Shown one piece after another: positions 18,586-28,184 of a stretch of 64,000 nucleotides of DNA. The number at the start of each line of letters is the position of its first letter. The stretch's first letter is position 1. Source of the DNA: Nitrospirota bacterium (GTDB taxonomy: Bacteria > Nitrospirota > UBA9217); NCBI GenBank assembly GCA_029858565.1, contig JAOUEV010000004.1, positions 32,001 to 96,000 on the forward strand, given 5' to 3'. The notes beneath the pieces are model-generated. The model saw only the letters and a program-made list of their open reading frames with translations, was not told where the DNA came from and made no database searches. The position numbers and the translations under genes were made by a program.

Positions 18586-21500
18586 GCATTAAAACAAAAT
18601 TCATTTTATCGGTCGGTCTGATCATCGCGGGCATTGCGGCCCTGTCCGGCTATTTGTATTTCGAACGTGAAACCGCCGATGAATACCAGCGTCTGGAGCA
18701 GTTCGTCAGCCGTATCGGGATGGTCCTCGAACACGACATCGCGGATCACATGTCCACGGGCAGGCACGAACTTCAGGATGCTTATTTGTTTCCTCTGCTG
18801 AAATTCGAGCCGATTGCCGCCATACGGCTGGTTAATGCCGCAGGTGTGGTGACCCGATCTACGTACCGCGAGGAAATCGGGTCGCAATTTCCACTCAAAA
18901 GCGTCGGGGACGGCCGCACTGCCGGAGGGAAACCGCGCGGGACCTATCTGGAAAAGGAAAAGATGTACCGTCTGATACAGCCTATTGCAAACAAGCGGGA
19001 ATGCCATGTCTGCCACCATGCCTCTGCCGGGAACAACGGGGCCTTTATCGTGGATTTCCGCTCAGAGGAAGTGCACGGCAACGTGTGGAAGGACATCAAC
19101 CGCGCACTCGCGATATTTTTCCCCGCTCTCGTTGCGATAGGCGCGACGGTCTATCTGATCAGCAGCAGGATGATCATAGCGCGGATCAACCGGCTGACCG
19201 AAAGCCTCAGGCAGTTCAAGGAGGGCGATTACGGCGTCAAGCTGCCGCTGAGCAACAACGACGAGATCACGGATCTGAAACGCGCGTTCAATGAAATGGG
19301 CGACGTGGTCCGCCGGAGGGACCGGGAAAAAGAGGAACTGCTCAAACAGATCACTTGCGCAGGCGAAAAAATGGGCCGCTTGTACCGCCGCCACGCGGAA
19401 CTGATCGATTCCCTGGACAGCATTGTTTGGGAGGCAGACGCGTGCACCTTCCGGTTCACCTTCGTCAGCAAGCAGGCGGAGCGGATCCTGGGGTATCCTG
19501 TCCGGCAATGGCTCGAAGAGCCGCTGTTCTGGAAAGAGCATGTCCACCCCGAGGACCGGGACTGGTCGGCTTCCCTGTGCATGAAGGCCTCGGCGGAGAA
19601 GCGGCCCCATGAGCTCGAATACCGGATACTGGCGGCCGACGGTCGCGTGGTATGGGTGCATGACGTGGTTTCCGTGGTCGCGGACAAGGACGGCGCGGTC
19701 GCGCTGCGCGGCGTGATGGTGGACGTCACGGAGCGGAAAGAGGCCGAGCGGAAGATCAATGACGCGTTCGCCGAGGCCAGGGCGCGGAAGGCGGAAAACG
19801 AGGCCTTGCTCCAAAGCGCGCGCGCGGCGCTGAAGTACCCCGTCTTCGGCCAGGCCGTCCGGGAGATCTTCGACCGCTGCAAGGAACTGATCGGCGCGTC
19901 TGCCGGATATGTTACGCTGGCGTCGGAAGACGGGCTGTGCAACAGCATCCTGGTCCTGGATCTGGACGGGATGAAGCGCGATGTCGATCAGAGGCTCACG
20001 ATCCCCATGAGCGGCATGTGGGGAGAGTCGTTCCGGTCCGGGAGACCGCTGTACCACAACGACTTCCTGAACAGCGAGTGGGCGCAGTTTCTTCCTCCTG
20101 GGCATGTGGAGATCCGGAACGTGCTGTTCGCGCCGCTGATCGCCGAGGGAAAGTCGGTCGGCTTGTTCGCTTTCGGGAACAAGCCGGGCGGATTCACGGA
20201 AGCCGACGCCAGGAGGGCGGCCGAATTCTGCGAGATCGCCATCATCTCCTACGTCAACGAGCGGGCGGACAGGGCGCTGCTGGCGAGCAAGCAGCGGTAC
20301 AAAAAACTGGTCGAATCAACGACCAGCTACATCTACACGGTGTCGGTTGCCGATGGACTGCCGGTTGCAACGGCCCACGGTCCGGGATGCGCGACGGTGA
20401 CGGGTTACACGTCGGAGGACTATGCGGCTGATTCCAACCTCTGGTACCGCATGGTCCACCCCGACGACCGGGACCGGGTGCTGGACCAGGCAAAGAACAT
20501 TCTTGCCGGCGAGGCGCCCCCGGCCCTTGAGCATCGGATCGTCCACAAGGACGGCACGATCCGCTGGGTGAAGAACACGCCCGTGCCCCACCGGGACGCC
20601 GCAGGCAGCCTGGTCGCCTATGACGGTCTGATCAGCGACATCACGGAGCGGAGAAAAGCGGAAATGGAACGGGAAAAGCTGATCGCCGAGCTCCAGGAAG
20701 TCCTGGGCCGCGTGACCCGGTCGAAACAGGAGTGGCAGCTGACCTTCGACAATATAACCGATCTCATATCGATCCATGACAAGGATTTTAACATCATCAG
20801 GCACAACCGCGCCTTCGCCCAGTACTTCGGTTTCGATTGCAAGGAGCCGGTCAGGGTCAAGTGCCACGAGTTGTTCCAGGGGACCTGCTTCTCCGAAGGC
20901 CGTTGTCCCCACGGTGCCGCGCAAGTCGACGCTCCCTTCGGCGCGTGGGAGTATGCGGACGTGAATCGGAAAAAACTCCTCAAGGTGACCACGTTCCCCT
21001 TCCATTCGGCCGAAGGCGAGGTGCTCGGGTCCATTCATTTGATGAAGAACATCACCGAGGAGCGGGAAAAGGAAACGCAGGTCATGATGCAGGAACGGCT
21101 GGCGACGCTCGGCCAGGTGTCGTCGGGCATCGCCCACGAGATCAACAACCCACTGGCGTCCATCGCTGGCTGCGCCGAAGGGCTGCTGGCGCGGGTGCGG
21201 AAAGGACGGTATGACGGGAGCATGTTCGAGCAATACCTGAACATCGTGCTGGAAGAGGTCGGGAGGTGCAAGAACATCACTTCGGCGATGCTTTCCATCG
21301 TCCGGAGGACGAGTTATGATCGGCAGGCGTGCGACGTGAACGCCGTGCTGGACAAGACACTGGAGATTATCGGCTTCCAGGGACGGCTTCGGGAGGTGGA
21401 GGTCTCAAAAGCGTACCAGGAGAGCATCCCGCCGATCCATGCGAGCGAAGGAGAACTGAAGCAGGTCTTTATCATCCTCCTGTCCAATGCCATCGAGGCA

Positions 21501-21803
21501 ATGGAAAACCGCGGCGCAATCGCCATCGAAACGCGCATTGACGACGGCACGGTGCGCCTGGCGATCAGCGATACCGGTCCCGGCATGCCCCCGGAGCATC
21601 TTGACCGGATTTTCGACCCCTTTTTTACCACGAAGCAGGAGAAGGGGGGGACCGGCCTGGGCCTGTCGATCGCCAGGAGGATCATTGCGAGTCATCGCGG
21701 CCTCATAACCGCGGCGTCCGCGCCCGGCAAAGGAACCACCTTTTCCATAATGCTGCCTGCCAGCCTGCAGCGGGAGACCGGCGGGGGCCCGATCGGCTGC
21801 TGA
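18582..21803 (+). CDS. Sensor histidine kinase with periplasmic c-type heme motif, HAMP, PAS and GAF domains
   Basis: TM; CHVCH in the periplasmic domain; HAMP (DEITDLKRAFNEM); PAS/PAC; H-box SGIAHEINNPL; DTGPG, PFFTTK, GTGLGL. Confidence 0.92.
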   Translation: MSIKTKFILSVGLIIAGIAALSGYLYFERETADEYQRLEQFVSRIGMVLEHDIADHMSTGRHELQDAYLFPLLKFEPIAAIRLVNAAGVVTRSTYREEIGSQFPLKSVGDGRTAGGKPRGTYLEKEKMYRLIQPIANKRECHVCHHASAGNNGAFIVDFRSEEVHGNVWKDINRALAIFFPALVAIGATVYLISSRMIIARINRLTESLRQFKEGDYGVKLPLSNNDEITDLKRAFNEMGDVVRRRDREKEELLKQITCAGEKMGRLYRRHAELIDSLDSIVWEADACTFRFTFVSKQAERILGYPVRQWLEEPLFWKEHVHPEDRDWSASLCMKASAEKRPHELEYRILAADGRVVWVHDVVSVVADKDGAVALRGVMVDVTERKEAERKINDAFAEARARKAENEALLQSARAALKYPVFGQAVREIFDRCKELIGASAGYVTLASEDGLCNSILVLDLDGMKRDVDQRLTIPMSGMWGESFRSGRPLYHNDFLNSEWAQFLPPGHVEIRNVLFAPLIAEGKSVGLFAFGNKPGGFTEADARRAAEFCEIAIISYVNERADRALLASKQRYKKLVESTTSYIYTVSVADGLPVATAHGPGCATVTGYTSEDYAADSNLWYRMVHPDDRDRVLDQAKNILAGEAPPALEHRIVHKDGTIRWVKNTPVPHRDAAGSLVAYDGLISDITERRKAEMEREKLIAELQEVLGRVTRSKQEWQLTFDNITDLISIHDKDFNIIRHNRAFAQYFGFDCKEPVRVKCHELFQGTCFSEGRCPHGAAQVDAPFGAWEYADVNRKKLLKVTTFPFHSAEGEVLGSIHLMKNITEEREKETQVMMQERLATLGQVSSGIAHEINNPLASIAGCAEGLLARVRKGRYDGSMFEQYLNIVLEEVGRCKNITSAMLSIVRRTSYDRQACDVNAVLDKTLEIIGFQGRLREVEVSKAYQESIPPIHASEGELKQVFIILLSNAIEAMENRGAIAIETRIDDGTVRLAISDTGPGMPPEHLDRIFDPFFTTKQEKGGTGLGLSIARRIIASHRGLITAASAPGKGTTFSIMLPASLQRETGGGPIGC

Positions 21804-21830
21804 AATCCCCGCGCCAAGGAGGAGAGAACC

Positions 21831-21971
21831 ATGGTCAGCCTGAGCATCGCCGCCGACCATGCGATATTTCTGCACGGGCTCAAAAGACTGCTGGATGGGG
21901 AGCCGGATTTCGAGGTGCTGTCCGCGTCACGGAGCGGCAGGGACGCGCTCCGGGAGAGCCGGGAGAAGTAG
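21831..21971 (+). pseudogene. Truncated NarL/FixJ-family response regulator remnant (46 aa)
   Basis: Strong AGGAGG SD then MVSLSIAADHAIFLHGLKRLLDGEPDFEVLSASRSGRDAL-stop; matches the NarL receiver N-terminus (IADDHxxxRxGLxxLLxxEPDFEVV) but stops before the phospho-Asp. Confidence 0.75.
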
Positions 21972-22001
21972 AATCGGCGTATTGCTGAAGTCAAATAAAT
22001 C

Positions 22002-22033
22002 AAGGGGTTCCAGCACATACTGGAACCCCTTTT
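22002..22033 (+). terminator. Hairpin / probable intrinsic terminator
   Basis: AAGGGGTTCCAG-cacata-CTGGAACCCCTT followed by TT. Confidence 0.6.
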
Positions 22034-22210
22034 CATGTTCTCCCCGGGGCTGTGACGATTTGATGGGAACAAATGAGGAACAGCGTTGTTTTTTAAAAAA
22101 CAGATTTGTATTTCAAAAGCGATGACGTATTATTACTAGAGAAGTTAATTTTAACGAGGGGTTTGTCAATTGGAATGACAGAACGCTTCGGAACCTACTA
22201 AAGGAGATTG

Positions 22211-22570
22211 ATGATGAAACGGTTTAGAACGGCAGTAGCAGTTTGCGCTGTGCTGGTGGTCAGCGCTGTTGGATGCAATTCAGCCAAGAAGGAAGCATCC
22301 GCGCCGGCGTCCCAGGCACATCCTGCGGCAACCATGGCACAGGCAGGCGACCCATTTTCCGGGAAGGTTGTGGAAACGATGAACTCCGCCGGCTATACCT
22401 ACGTTTGTCTGGAGAACGGCGGTAAGAAGACCTGGTTTGCCATCCCTGAATCAAAGGTCGCGGTTGGCCAAGAACTGGCATTTCAGCCCGGCGGTGAGAT
22501 GAAGAACTTCACGAGCAAAACACTAAACCGATCCTTCGAAAGCATTATTTTCTCGCCCGGGATCCGTTGA
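22211..22570 (+). CDS. Small lipoprotein, NrfJ-like / OB-fold domain
   Basis: Lipobox-like VSAVGC; GKVVETMNSAGYTY...W.A...M.NF.SKTLNR.F..I.F pattern seen in NrfJ-related proteins; AAGGAG SD. Confidence 0.65.
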   Translation: MMKRFRTAVAVCAVLVVSAVGCNSAKKEASAPASQAHPAATMAQAGDPFSGKVVETMNSAGYTYVCLENGGKKTWFAIPESKVAVGQELAFQPGGEMKNFTSKTLNRSFESIIFSPGIR

Positions 22571-22598
22571 TCAGCTATTATCGGAACGTTATCTGAGG

Positions 22599-22633
22599 AA
22601 AGGCCGCTGTGGAGCACACGGCGGCCTTTTTTT
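22599..22633 (+). terminator. Rho-independent terminator
   Basis: AAAGGCCGCTGTG-gag-CACACGGCGGCC-TTTTTTT stem-loop with U-tract. Confidence 0.8.
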
Positions 22634-22713
22634 ATGAACGATTACAGGCTTCATCCTGCCTTTTCCATCCTGCCAGTATTGACTTCCCTCTGGATTTATG
22701 TAATTATGACAAC

Positions 22714-23634
22714 ATGGCTCTTGTAAACCACACGACGCGCGAGATTAACGCAAAGATCGTTTACTATGGCCCCGGTCTTTCGGGGAAGACCACTAATATC
22801 CACTTCATCTATCACCGCATTTCTCCGAACCAGCGCGGGAAGCTCATTTCTCTCGCAACAGAGACCGACCGTACGCTGTTCTTCGATTTTTTGCCGGTCG
22901 AGCTGGGTTCTGTCAAGGGGTACCGTGTCCGCTTCCATCTGTATACGGTGCCCGGACAGGTCTTCTACAACGCAACGCGCAAACTTGTGCTCAAGGGCGC
23001 CGACGGCGTGATCTTCGTGGCAGATTCTCAGCGCGCAATGGTCGACGCCAACCTTGAGAGCCTTTCCAACCTCCACGACAATTTCGGGGACATGGGGATC
23101 GACCTCACCGATTTTCCCATGGTGATCCAGTATAACAAGCGGGACCTGCACGATGTGATGACCGTGGAGGAAATGAACCAGACCATCAATCCGAAGCTTA
23201 CTCCGTACTATGAAGCGGTCGCCATGAACGGCGACGGCGTGCTCAAAACCTTTGCCGCGATCTCCAAGCTGGTACTGCAGGACATGCAGAAACACCCCGA
23301 GCGGCACAATTTCTCCGTTGGCGACATCGTTGCAAAGGCCGAAGAGCAGCCCGAGGATTCCGCATCGCTTATGGAAGACCGCGATGCGGAGCCTGCGCTT
23401 CCCGACGCTCCGCTTGCCGATGAGGCAAAGCCCGCAATGGCCGCCCTGGAAAAGAGCGTTGACCGTGGCATGCACGTCGGCCTGGGGAAGGCTGTGATGG
23501 AAGAAAACCAGATTGTCCTTCCTTTTGAAGTGCAGACAAAGAATGGACGCGAGCAGTATCAATTGCGCGTTACCATCAATACCGAAGGGCCCGCCGCAAA
23601 ACGCTTCAAGGTGGTCGTCAAGGGATTCAAATAA
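22714..23634 (+). CDS. mglA: MglA-family small GTPase with C-terminal extension
   Basis: REINAKIVYYGPGLSGKTTN, TDRTLFFDFLP, LYTVPGQVFY, QYNKRDL. Confidence 0.9.
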   Translation: MALVNHTTREINAKIVYYGPGLSGKTTNIHFIYHRISPNQRGKLISLATETDRTLFFDFLPVELGSVKGYRVRFHLYTVPGQVFYNATRKLVLKGADGVIFVADSQRAMVDANLESLSNLHDNFGDMGIDLTDFPMVIQYNKRDLHDVMTVEEMNQTINPKLTPYYEAVAMNGDGVLKTFAAISKLVLQDMQKHPERHNFSVGDIVAKAEEQPEDSASLMEDRDAEPALPDAPLADEAKPAMAALEKSVDRGMHVGLGKAVMEENQIVLPFEVQTKNGREQYQLRVTINTEGPAAKRFKVVVKGFK

Positions 23635-23682
23635 GACGAATCATCCTCCCGCGGGCGCACTTCGTTTCGGCATGACCCTCCT

Positions 23683-24372
23683 ATGTCCAAAGTAACCGCA
23701 TTGATCCCCGCCGCAGGAATGGGCAAACGCATGGGGAAGGCTGTTGCCAAGCAGTTTCTGCCGCTCGGCGACCGCCCTCTGCTAGCCCATACGCTGCTCG
23801 TGTTCCAGCGTTCCGATGATATCGATGAGATCATCCCGATACTGTCTCAGGAGGACATGGAGCATTGTCTCCGCGATGTGATCGAAGCGTACCGGATCAC
23901 CAAGGTCAGGACCCTTGTGACAGGCGGCAAGGAACGCCAGGACTCGGTCCTGAACGGTATTCGAAAGCTCGGCACGGACACCGAGGTTGTGGTGGTGCAC
24001 GACGGGGTCCGGCCCTTTGTTTCCGGGGAAATGATCCGGCAGTGTGTTACTCTCGCGCGTCAGGGCCAGTCAGTAACCGTAGGTGTGCCCATCAAGGACA
24101 CGATCAAGGAAGTCGACGAACAAGGACGCGTGCAGCGGACACTTGAGCGGAACAGGCTCTGGGCCATTCAGACACCTCAGGCCTTCCCCGCTGAGCTACT
24201 CCGGGCCGCCCATGAGGAGTCGGTAAAGAGCGGCCGGTCCGGGACGGACGATGCGACCCTGGTGGAATATGCCGGAGGTCCGGTCCGGGTGATCATGGGC
24301 AGCTACGAGAACATCAAGATCACTACCCCCGAGGATCTAGTCATTGCCGAAGAGATTTTGCGGGGTCGTTGA
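23683..24372 (+). CDS. ispD: 2-C-methyl-D-erythritol 4-phosphate cytidylyltransferase
   Basis: IPAAGMGKRMG..KQFL, GGKERQDSV, VHDGVRPF, QTPQAF, TDDA, NIKITTPEDL. Confidence 0.96.
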   Translation: MSKVTALIPAAGMGKRMGKAVAKQFLPLGDRPLLAHTLLVFQRSDDIDEIIPILSQEDMEHCLRDVIEAYRITKVRTLVTGGKERQDSVLNGIRKLGTDTEVVVVHDGVRPFVSGEMIRQCVTLARQGQSVTVGVPIKDTIKEVDEQGRVQRTLERNRLWAIQTPQAFPAELLRAAHEESVKSGRSGTDDATLVEYAGGPVRVIMGSYENIKITTPEDLVIAEEILRGR

Positions 24373-24381
24373 GGGATCGGG

Positions 24382-24870
24382 ATGATGAATATGCGGATAG
24401 GTCATGGCTATGACGTTCACCGCCTGGTGGAAGGAAGAAAGCTGATCATCGGGGGAGTGGATATCCCCCATGAGAAGGGATTGCTGGGCCATTCCGACGC
24501 TGACGTGCTGCTGCACGCTATCTGCGATGCACTGCTTGGCGCAGCAGGCCTGGGAGATATTGGCCGCCATTTTCCCGACAGCGACCAGCGGTTCAAGGGT
24601 ATTTCGAGCATCCTGCTGCTCACTGAGACGGTAAAACTGCTGCGGGAGCGGGGATTCAGGACCGGCAACATCGACGCAACAATTGTTGCCGAGCGCCCCA
24701 AAATGGCCCCCCATATCCCGATGATGATCGCTGCCATCTCAAAGGCGGCCGGGGTGGATCCGCAGTCCGTGAATGTAAAGGCGACAACAACCGAGGGGCT
24801 TGGCTTTACCGGCACAGGCGAAGGTATTGCGGCCCATGCGGTATGTGCGATCGTGATTGCGGCAGCATGA
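24382..24870 (+). CDS. ispF: 2-C-methyl-D-erythritol 2,4-cyclodiphosphate synthase
   Basis: [46 protein letters not shown]. Confidence 0.97.
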   Translation: MMNMRIGHGYDVHRLVEGRKLIIGGVDIPHEKGLLGHSDADVLLHAICDALLGAAGLGDIGRHFPDSDQRFKGISSILLLTETVKLLRERGFRTGNIDATIVAERPKMAPHIPMMIAAISKAAGVDPQSVNVKATTTEGLGFTGTGEGIAAHAVCAIVIAAA

Positions 24871-24898
24871 ACTCCACATGATTATCATCGGAGGCAAG

Positions 24899-25477
24899 AT
24901 GAGACCCATGGGGTTGAAACCGATCCTGTGCATCGTTGCATGTGTCATTGCTTTTTCGCACGGTTACGCTGTGCGGGCCGAAGATCAGGAGACGAGAGTC
25001 ATCTATCAATGGCAGGATGAGCAGGGCGTTGTGCATATTTCCGATAATCTGGAAAAGGTGCCGAATAAGTTCCGTTCATCAGCCAAAAAGATATCGCCAG
25101 CAACACCATACGGGACAGACCAGCCTGCGGTCGAGAAGGGCAATGGAGCGAGCAGGTCGCAGGAAGCGCCGCCGTCCTCATCAAGAGATGACTACCAGAA
25201 TCAGTTGTGGCAAGCGCGCATGCGCGAAGCACGGCAAACAGTGAAGTATCTGACCGGCGAGATACGGTCACAGGAAGAGCACCTTAAACAGATCAAGGAA
25301 AAGTGGGGCAGCGGTCTCTACGGGTATCCGGATGAAGTGGCTGCGCAGATAAAAGCGCTGGAGAACCGGATAGGGGACCTTAATATATCGCTTGAGCAGG
25401 CCCAAAAGACCGTTGATACCGATATTCCTGACGCGGCGCGAAAAGCGGGCATACCCCCCGGTTGGCTGAGAGAATGA
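24899..25477 (+). CDS. Secreted DUF4124-domain coiled-coil protein
   Basis: Signal peptide; IYQWQDEQGVVHISD motif; C-terminal ARKAGIPPGWLR; GGAGG SD. Confidence 0.75.
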   Translation: MRPMGLKPILCIVACVIAFSHGYAVRAEDQETRVIYQWQDEQGVVHISDNLEKVPNKFRSSAKKISPATPYGTDQPAVEKGNGASRSQEAPPSSSRDDYQNQLWQARMREARQTVKYLTGEIRSQEEHLKQIKEKWGSGLYGYPDEVAAQIKALENRIGDLNISLEQAQKTVDTDIPDAARKAGIPPGWLRE

Positions 25478-25565
25478 TGTTTGGAAGCGTGTGGTGTGCA
25501 AAGAACGACGTGTATTAACCGATAGTTGATGTAGGTAGCAGTAGATGTCCCAGGGAAAAATAATA

Positions 25566-26234
25566 ATGTCTATGTCCGAAACCCTTGGCAAGATAAAGAA
25601 AGACTTTCAGGCGGCCCTGTCCATGGATCCGGCCGCAACGAGCAAGCTTGAGGTCGCTCTCACCTATTCAGGTTTCCATGCCATGCTGTTCTACCGCATG
25701 GCTCATTGGATATGGAAGAAACGTATTCCGTTCCTTCCCCGGGCGCTGTCCCAGTTCGCCCGGTTCATCACCGGGATCGAGATTCATCCAGGAGCGACCA
25801 TCGGATCGGGTCTTTTCATTGACCACGGAATGGGTGTGGTGATTGGAGAGACAACAGAGATCGGTAACAATGTAGTGCTCTTCCAGGGTGTAACCCTTGG
25901 CGGCACGGGAAAGCAGCGCGGCAAGCGTCATCCGACCATCGGGAGCCATGTGGTCGTTGGAGCCGGCGCGAAGGTGCTGGGTCCCATAACCGTAGGCGAC
26001 TATGTCAAGATCGGCGCGAACTCCGTGCTGCTTCAGGACGTTCCTGACCATTCCACGGTCGTTGGCATCCCCGGCAGGATCGTCCGCATCAAGGACGAAC
26101 GGGTGCCTGATGAGGCCCTGCTGGACCATATCCATATTCCCGATCCCATAGCCGACAAGCTCATCGAACTGCAGGTGCAGATCGACAAGCTGAAGGAGCA
26201 GATCGACAAACTTCGGCAGGGACGTCGGAGCTAA
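25566..26234 (+). CDS. cysE: Serine O-acetyltransferase
   Basis: [51 protein letters not shown]. Confidence 0.95.
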   Translation: MSMSETLGKIKKDFQAALSMDPAATSKLEVALTYSGFHAMLFYRMAHWIWKKRIPFLPRALSQFARFITGIEIHPGATIGSGLFIDHGMGVVIGETTEIGNNVVLFQGVTLGGTGKQRGKRHPTIGSHVVVGAGAKVLGPITVGDYVKIGANSVLLQDVPDHSTVVGIPGRIVRIKDERVPDEALLDHIHIPDPIADKLIELQVQIDKLKEQIDKLRQGRRS

Positions 26235-26303
26235 GATCGCTTCCCGGCCTGCCTGACGGACCTGTCAGCGCCTTCCACATTGTCCCGGTCGTCACCACAA
26301 ACC

Positions 26304-27746
26304 ATGCAAAGCGAACCAAACAGATTTCTGACGCAGATCGCCCGCCTCGCGCAAGGACCGGTCTATCTTGTTGGCGGAACAGTACGGGACCTGCTGCTGG
26401 ACAGCCGCACGATCAAGGACAACGATTTGATAATGCCCGCGGGATCGGACCAGGTGGCACGGGCTTTTGCAGCTTCAACAGGCGGCAGTTTCTTCTATCT
26501 TGATGAGGAACGCCATATCAGCCGTGTTATGATCACCGATGAAGCTCTCTCCCTGCAGTTCGACTTTGCCGACTTCGAAGGCAAGGACCTGGAAGCGGAC
26601 CTCGGACGCAGGGATTTCACCATGAACGCCATGGCCCTGGACCTGCGGGATTTCCTGGAGCGGCGATCGCTCGAAAACACGATCGATCTCTTTGGCGGTC
26701 GCGCTGATATTGAACAGCGCCTGATACGGGTCGTTGCTCCCAGCGTTCTGGACGATGACCCGCTGAGAGTGCTTCGTGCGGTGAGGTTCGCAGCAACACT
26801 CGATTTCGACATAGAAGACAAGACCCGGGACGAGATCACTGCCCGCGCCGGATCGATCACGATGCCCTCGCCCGAAAGGCTGCGCGACGAACTATTCCTC
26901 ATCCTGTCGGCATCCGATGTCGAAAGATCGCTTCGGCTCATTGAATCGCTCGGGATCCTGGAGCCGCTCTTTCCCGAACTCAGCTCCTTGCGCGGATTTG
27001 CTCCGGGCAGATATCATCAACATGACATCCTGGCCCATTCTTTCAAGACCGCGGGATATGCGGATCGCGCGCTGGATGACCTGGCCGGACTGGCCGGCGA
27101 CGGAGCGTCACGGATCCGTGATCATCTTCAGGAACCCCTGGAGCAGGGGATCACCAGGATGGCTGCGCTCAGGTTCGCCTGCCTGCTCCATGATGTGGCA
27201 AAAGGAGAGACCTATTCCCGCGAGCCTGACGGAGATGTGCACTTTCACGGCCACGAACAGCTGGGCGCTGACCGGGCTCGCGCGGTGTGTGAGCGGTTCA
27301 GGCTGTCCCGCGCCGTGACCGTGGTGGTTGAGCGGCTCATACGACATCATATGCGGCCGCTGCAGCTGTCTCAGGGCAATGGCCCTTCAAAGCGGGCGCT
27401 CTACCGCTATTGCCGTGATCTGAAGGAGGCGCTTCCGGAAAGCGTTGTGCTGGCGCTTGCCGACGGTCGTGCCACTTCCGAAGCCATGACGTTGGAAGGT
27501 TTCCGGGACACTGGATCGACTGCTGTCGCCATCATGGAGTATTATTATGATAAATTCCTGAAGGCAAAAGATATGCCGCTCGTGACCGGCCAGGACCTTA
27601 TCTCACTGGGTTTGCGACCGGGACCGGTATTCAGGGAACTTCTTGACATGGTCCGGGAGCAGCAGGCCGAAGGCATGGTCCGGGACCGTCAGGCAGCACT
27701 GGACCTGGTGCGAAGAAGGATAGATGGTATTGGACCGAGTAATTGA
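26304..27746 (+). CDS. Class II tRNA nucleotidyltransferase with HD domain (probably CC-adding type)
   Basis: VGGTVRDLLL..DND, DLGRRDFTMNAMA, DDPLRVLRAVRF, ERLRDEL, LLHDVAK. Confidence 0.88.
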   Translation: MQSEPNRFLTQIARLAQGPVYLVGGTVRDLLLDSRTIKDNDLIMPAGSDQVARAFAASTGGSFFYLDEERHISRVMITDEALSLQFDFADFEGKDLEADLGRRDFTMNAMALDLRDFLERRSLENTIDLFGGRADIEQRLIRVVAPSVLDDDPLRVLRAVRFAATLDFDIEDKTRDEITARAGSITMPSPERLRDELFLILSASDVERSLRLIESLGILEPLFPELSSLRGFAPGRYHQHDILAHSFKTAGYADRALDDLAGLAGDGASRIRDHLQEPLEQGITRMAALRFACLLHDVAKGETYSREPDGDVHFHGHEQLGADRARAVCERFRLSRAVTVVVERLIRHHMRPLQLSQGNGPSKRALYRYCRDLKEALPESVVLALADGRATSEAMTLEGFRDTGSTAVAIMEYYYDKFLKAKDMPLVTGQDLISLGLRPGPVFRELLDMVREQQAEGMVRDRQAALDLVRRRIDGIGPSN

Positions 27747-27819
27747 TAGATGCTGCCGGATTCAACCATTTCTCGCGCAACGTGTCTCATAAACAGGAAA
27801 GGAAGGATCGGAACTGGCT

Positions 27820-28056
27820 ATGTACGAGAATATGTCGATAGACGAGTTGAAAGCAGAGCTTAAAAAACTGCAAGAGGAACTCTGTGATATCGAGGATGTT
27901 CATGCGTTCACCTTTGTAAAGACATCGGTCCATATAGGAGCTGAGAAGGCCCAGAACATGCAGGAAGAGTACGATGAAGACTGCCGGGTCCTGCGGGAAA
28001 AGATAGTTTTGCTGGAGAAACGAATCCAGGAGATCGAATCACCCCCTAATGTGTGA
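27820..28056 (+). CDS. Small acidic coiled-coil hypothetical protein
   Basis: 78-aa ORF in the gap between genes with a purine-rich upstream region; two helices flanking a TSVHIG turn. Confidence 0.65.
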   Translation: MYENMSIDELKAELKKLQEELCDIEDVHAFTFVKTSVHIGAEKAQNMQEEYDEDCRVLREKIVLLEKRIQEIESPPNV

Positions 28057-28184
28057 ATATGCAATGATTTGAAACTGTTGTGAGGAAATAGTCTCAAATG
28101 ATGCTTGCACATTTTCTCAAATTATGGTATCTATCTATTTCAATCAGGAAATCCTGATCAAACATCACTTAGGAGGGGAAACGG

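Noticed and set aside
21792-21803. HK2 ending in Gly-Cys-TGA as possible selenocysteine
   Set aside because: The kinase domain is already complete and a separate SD and ATG follow
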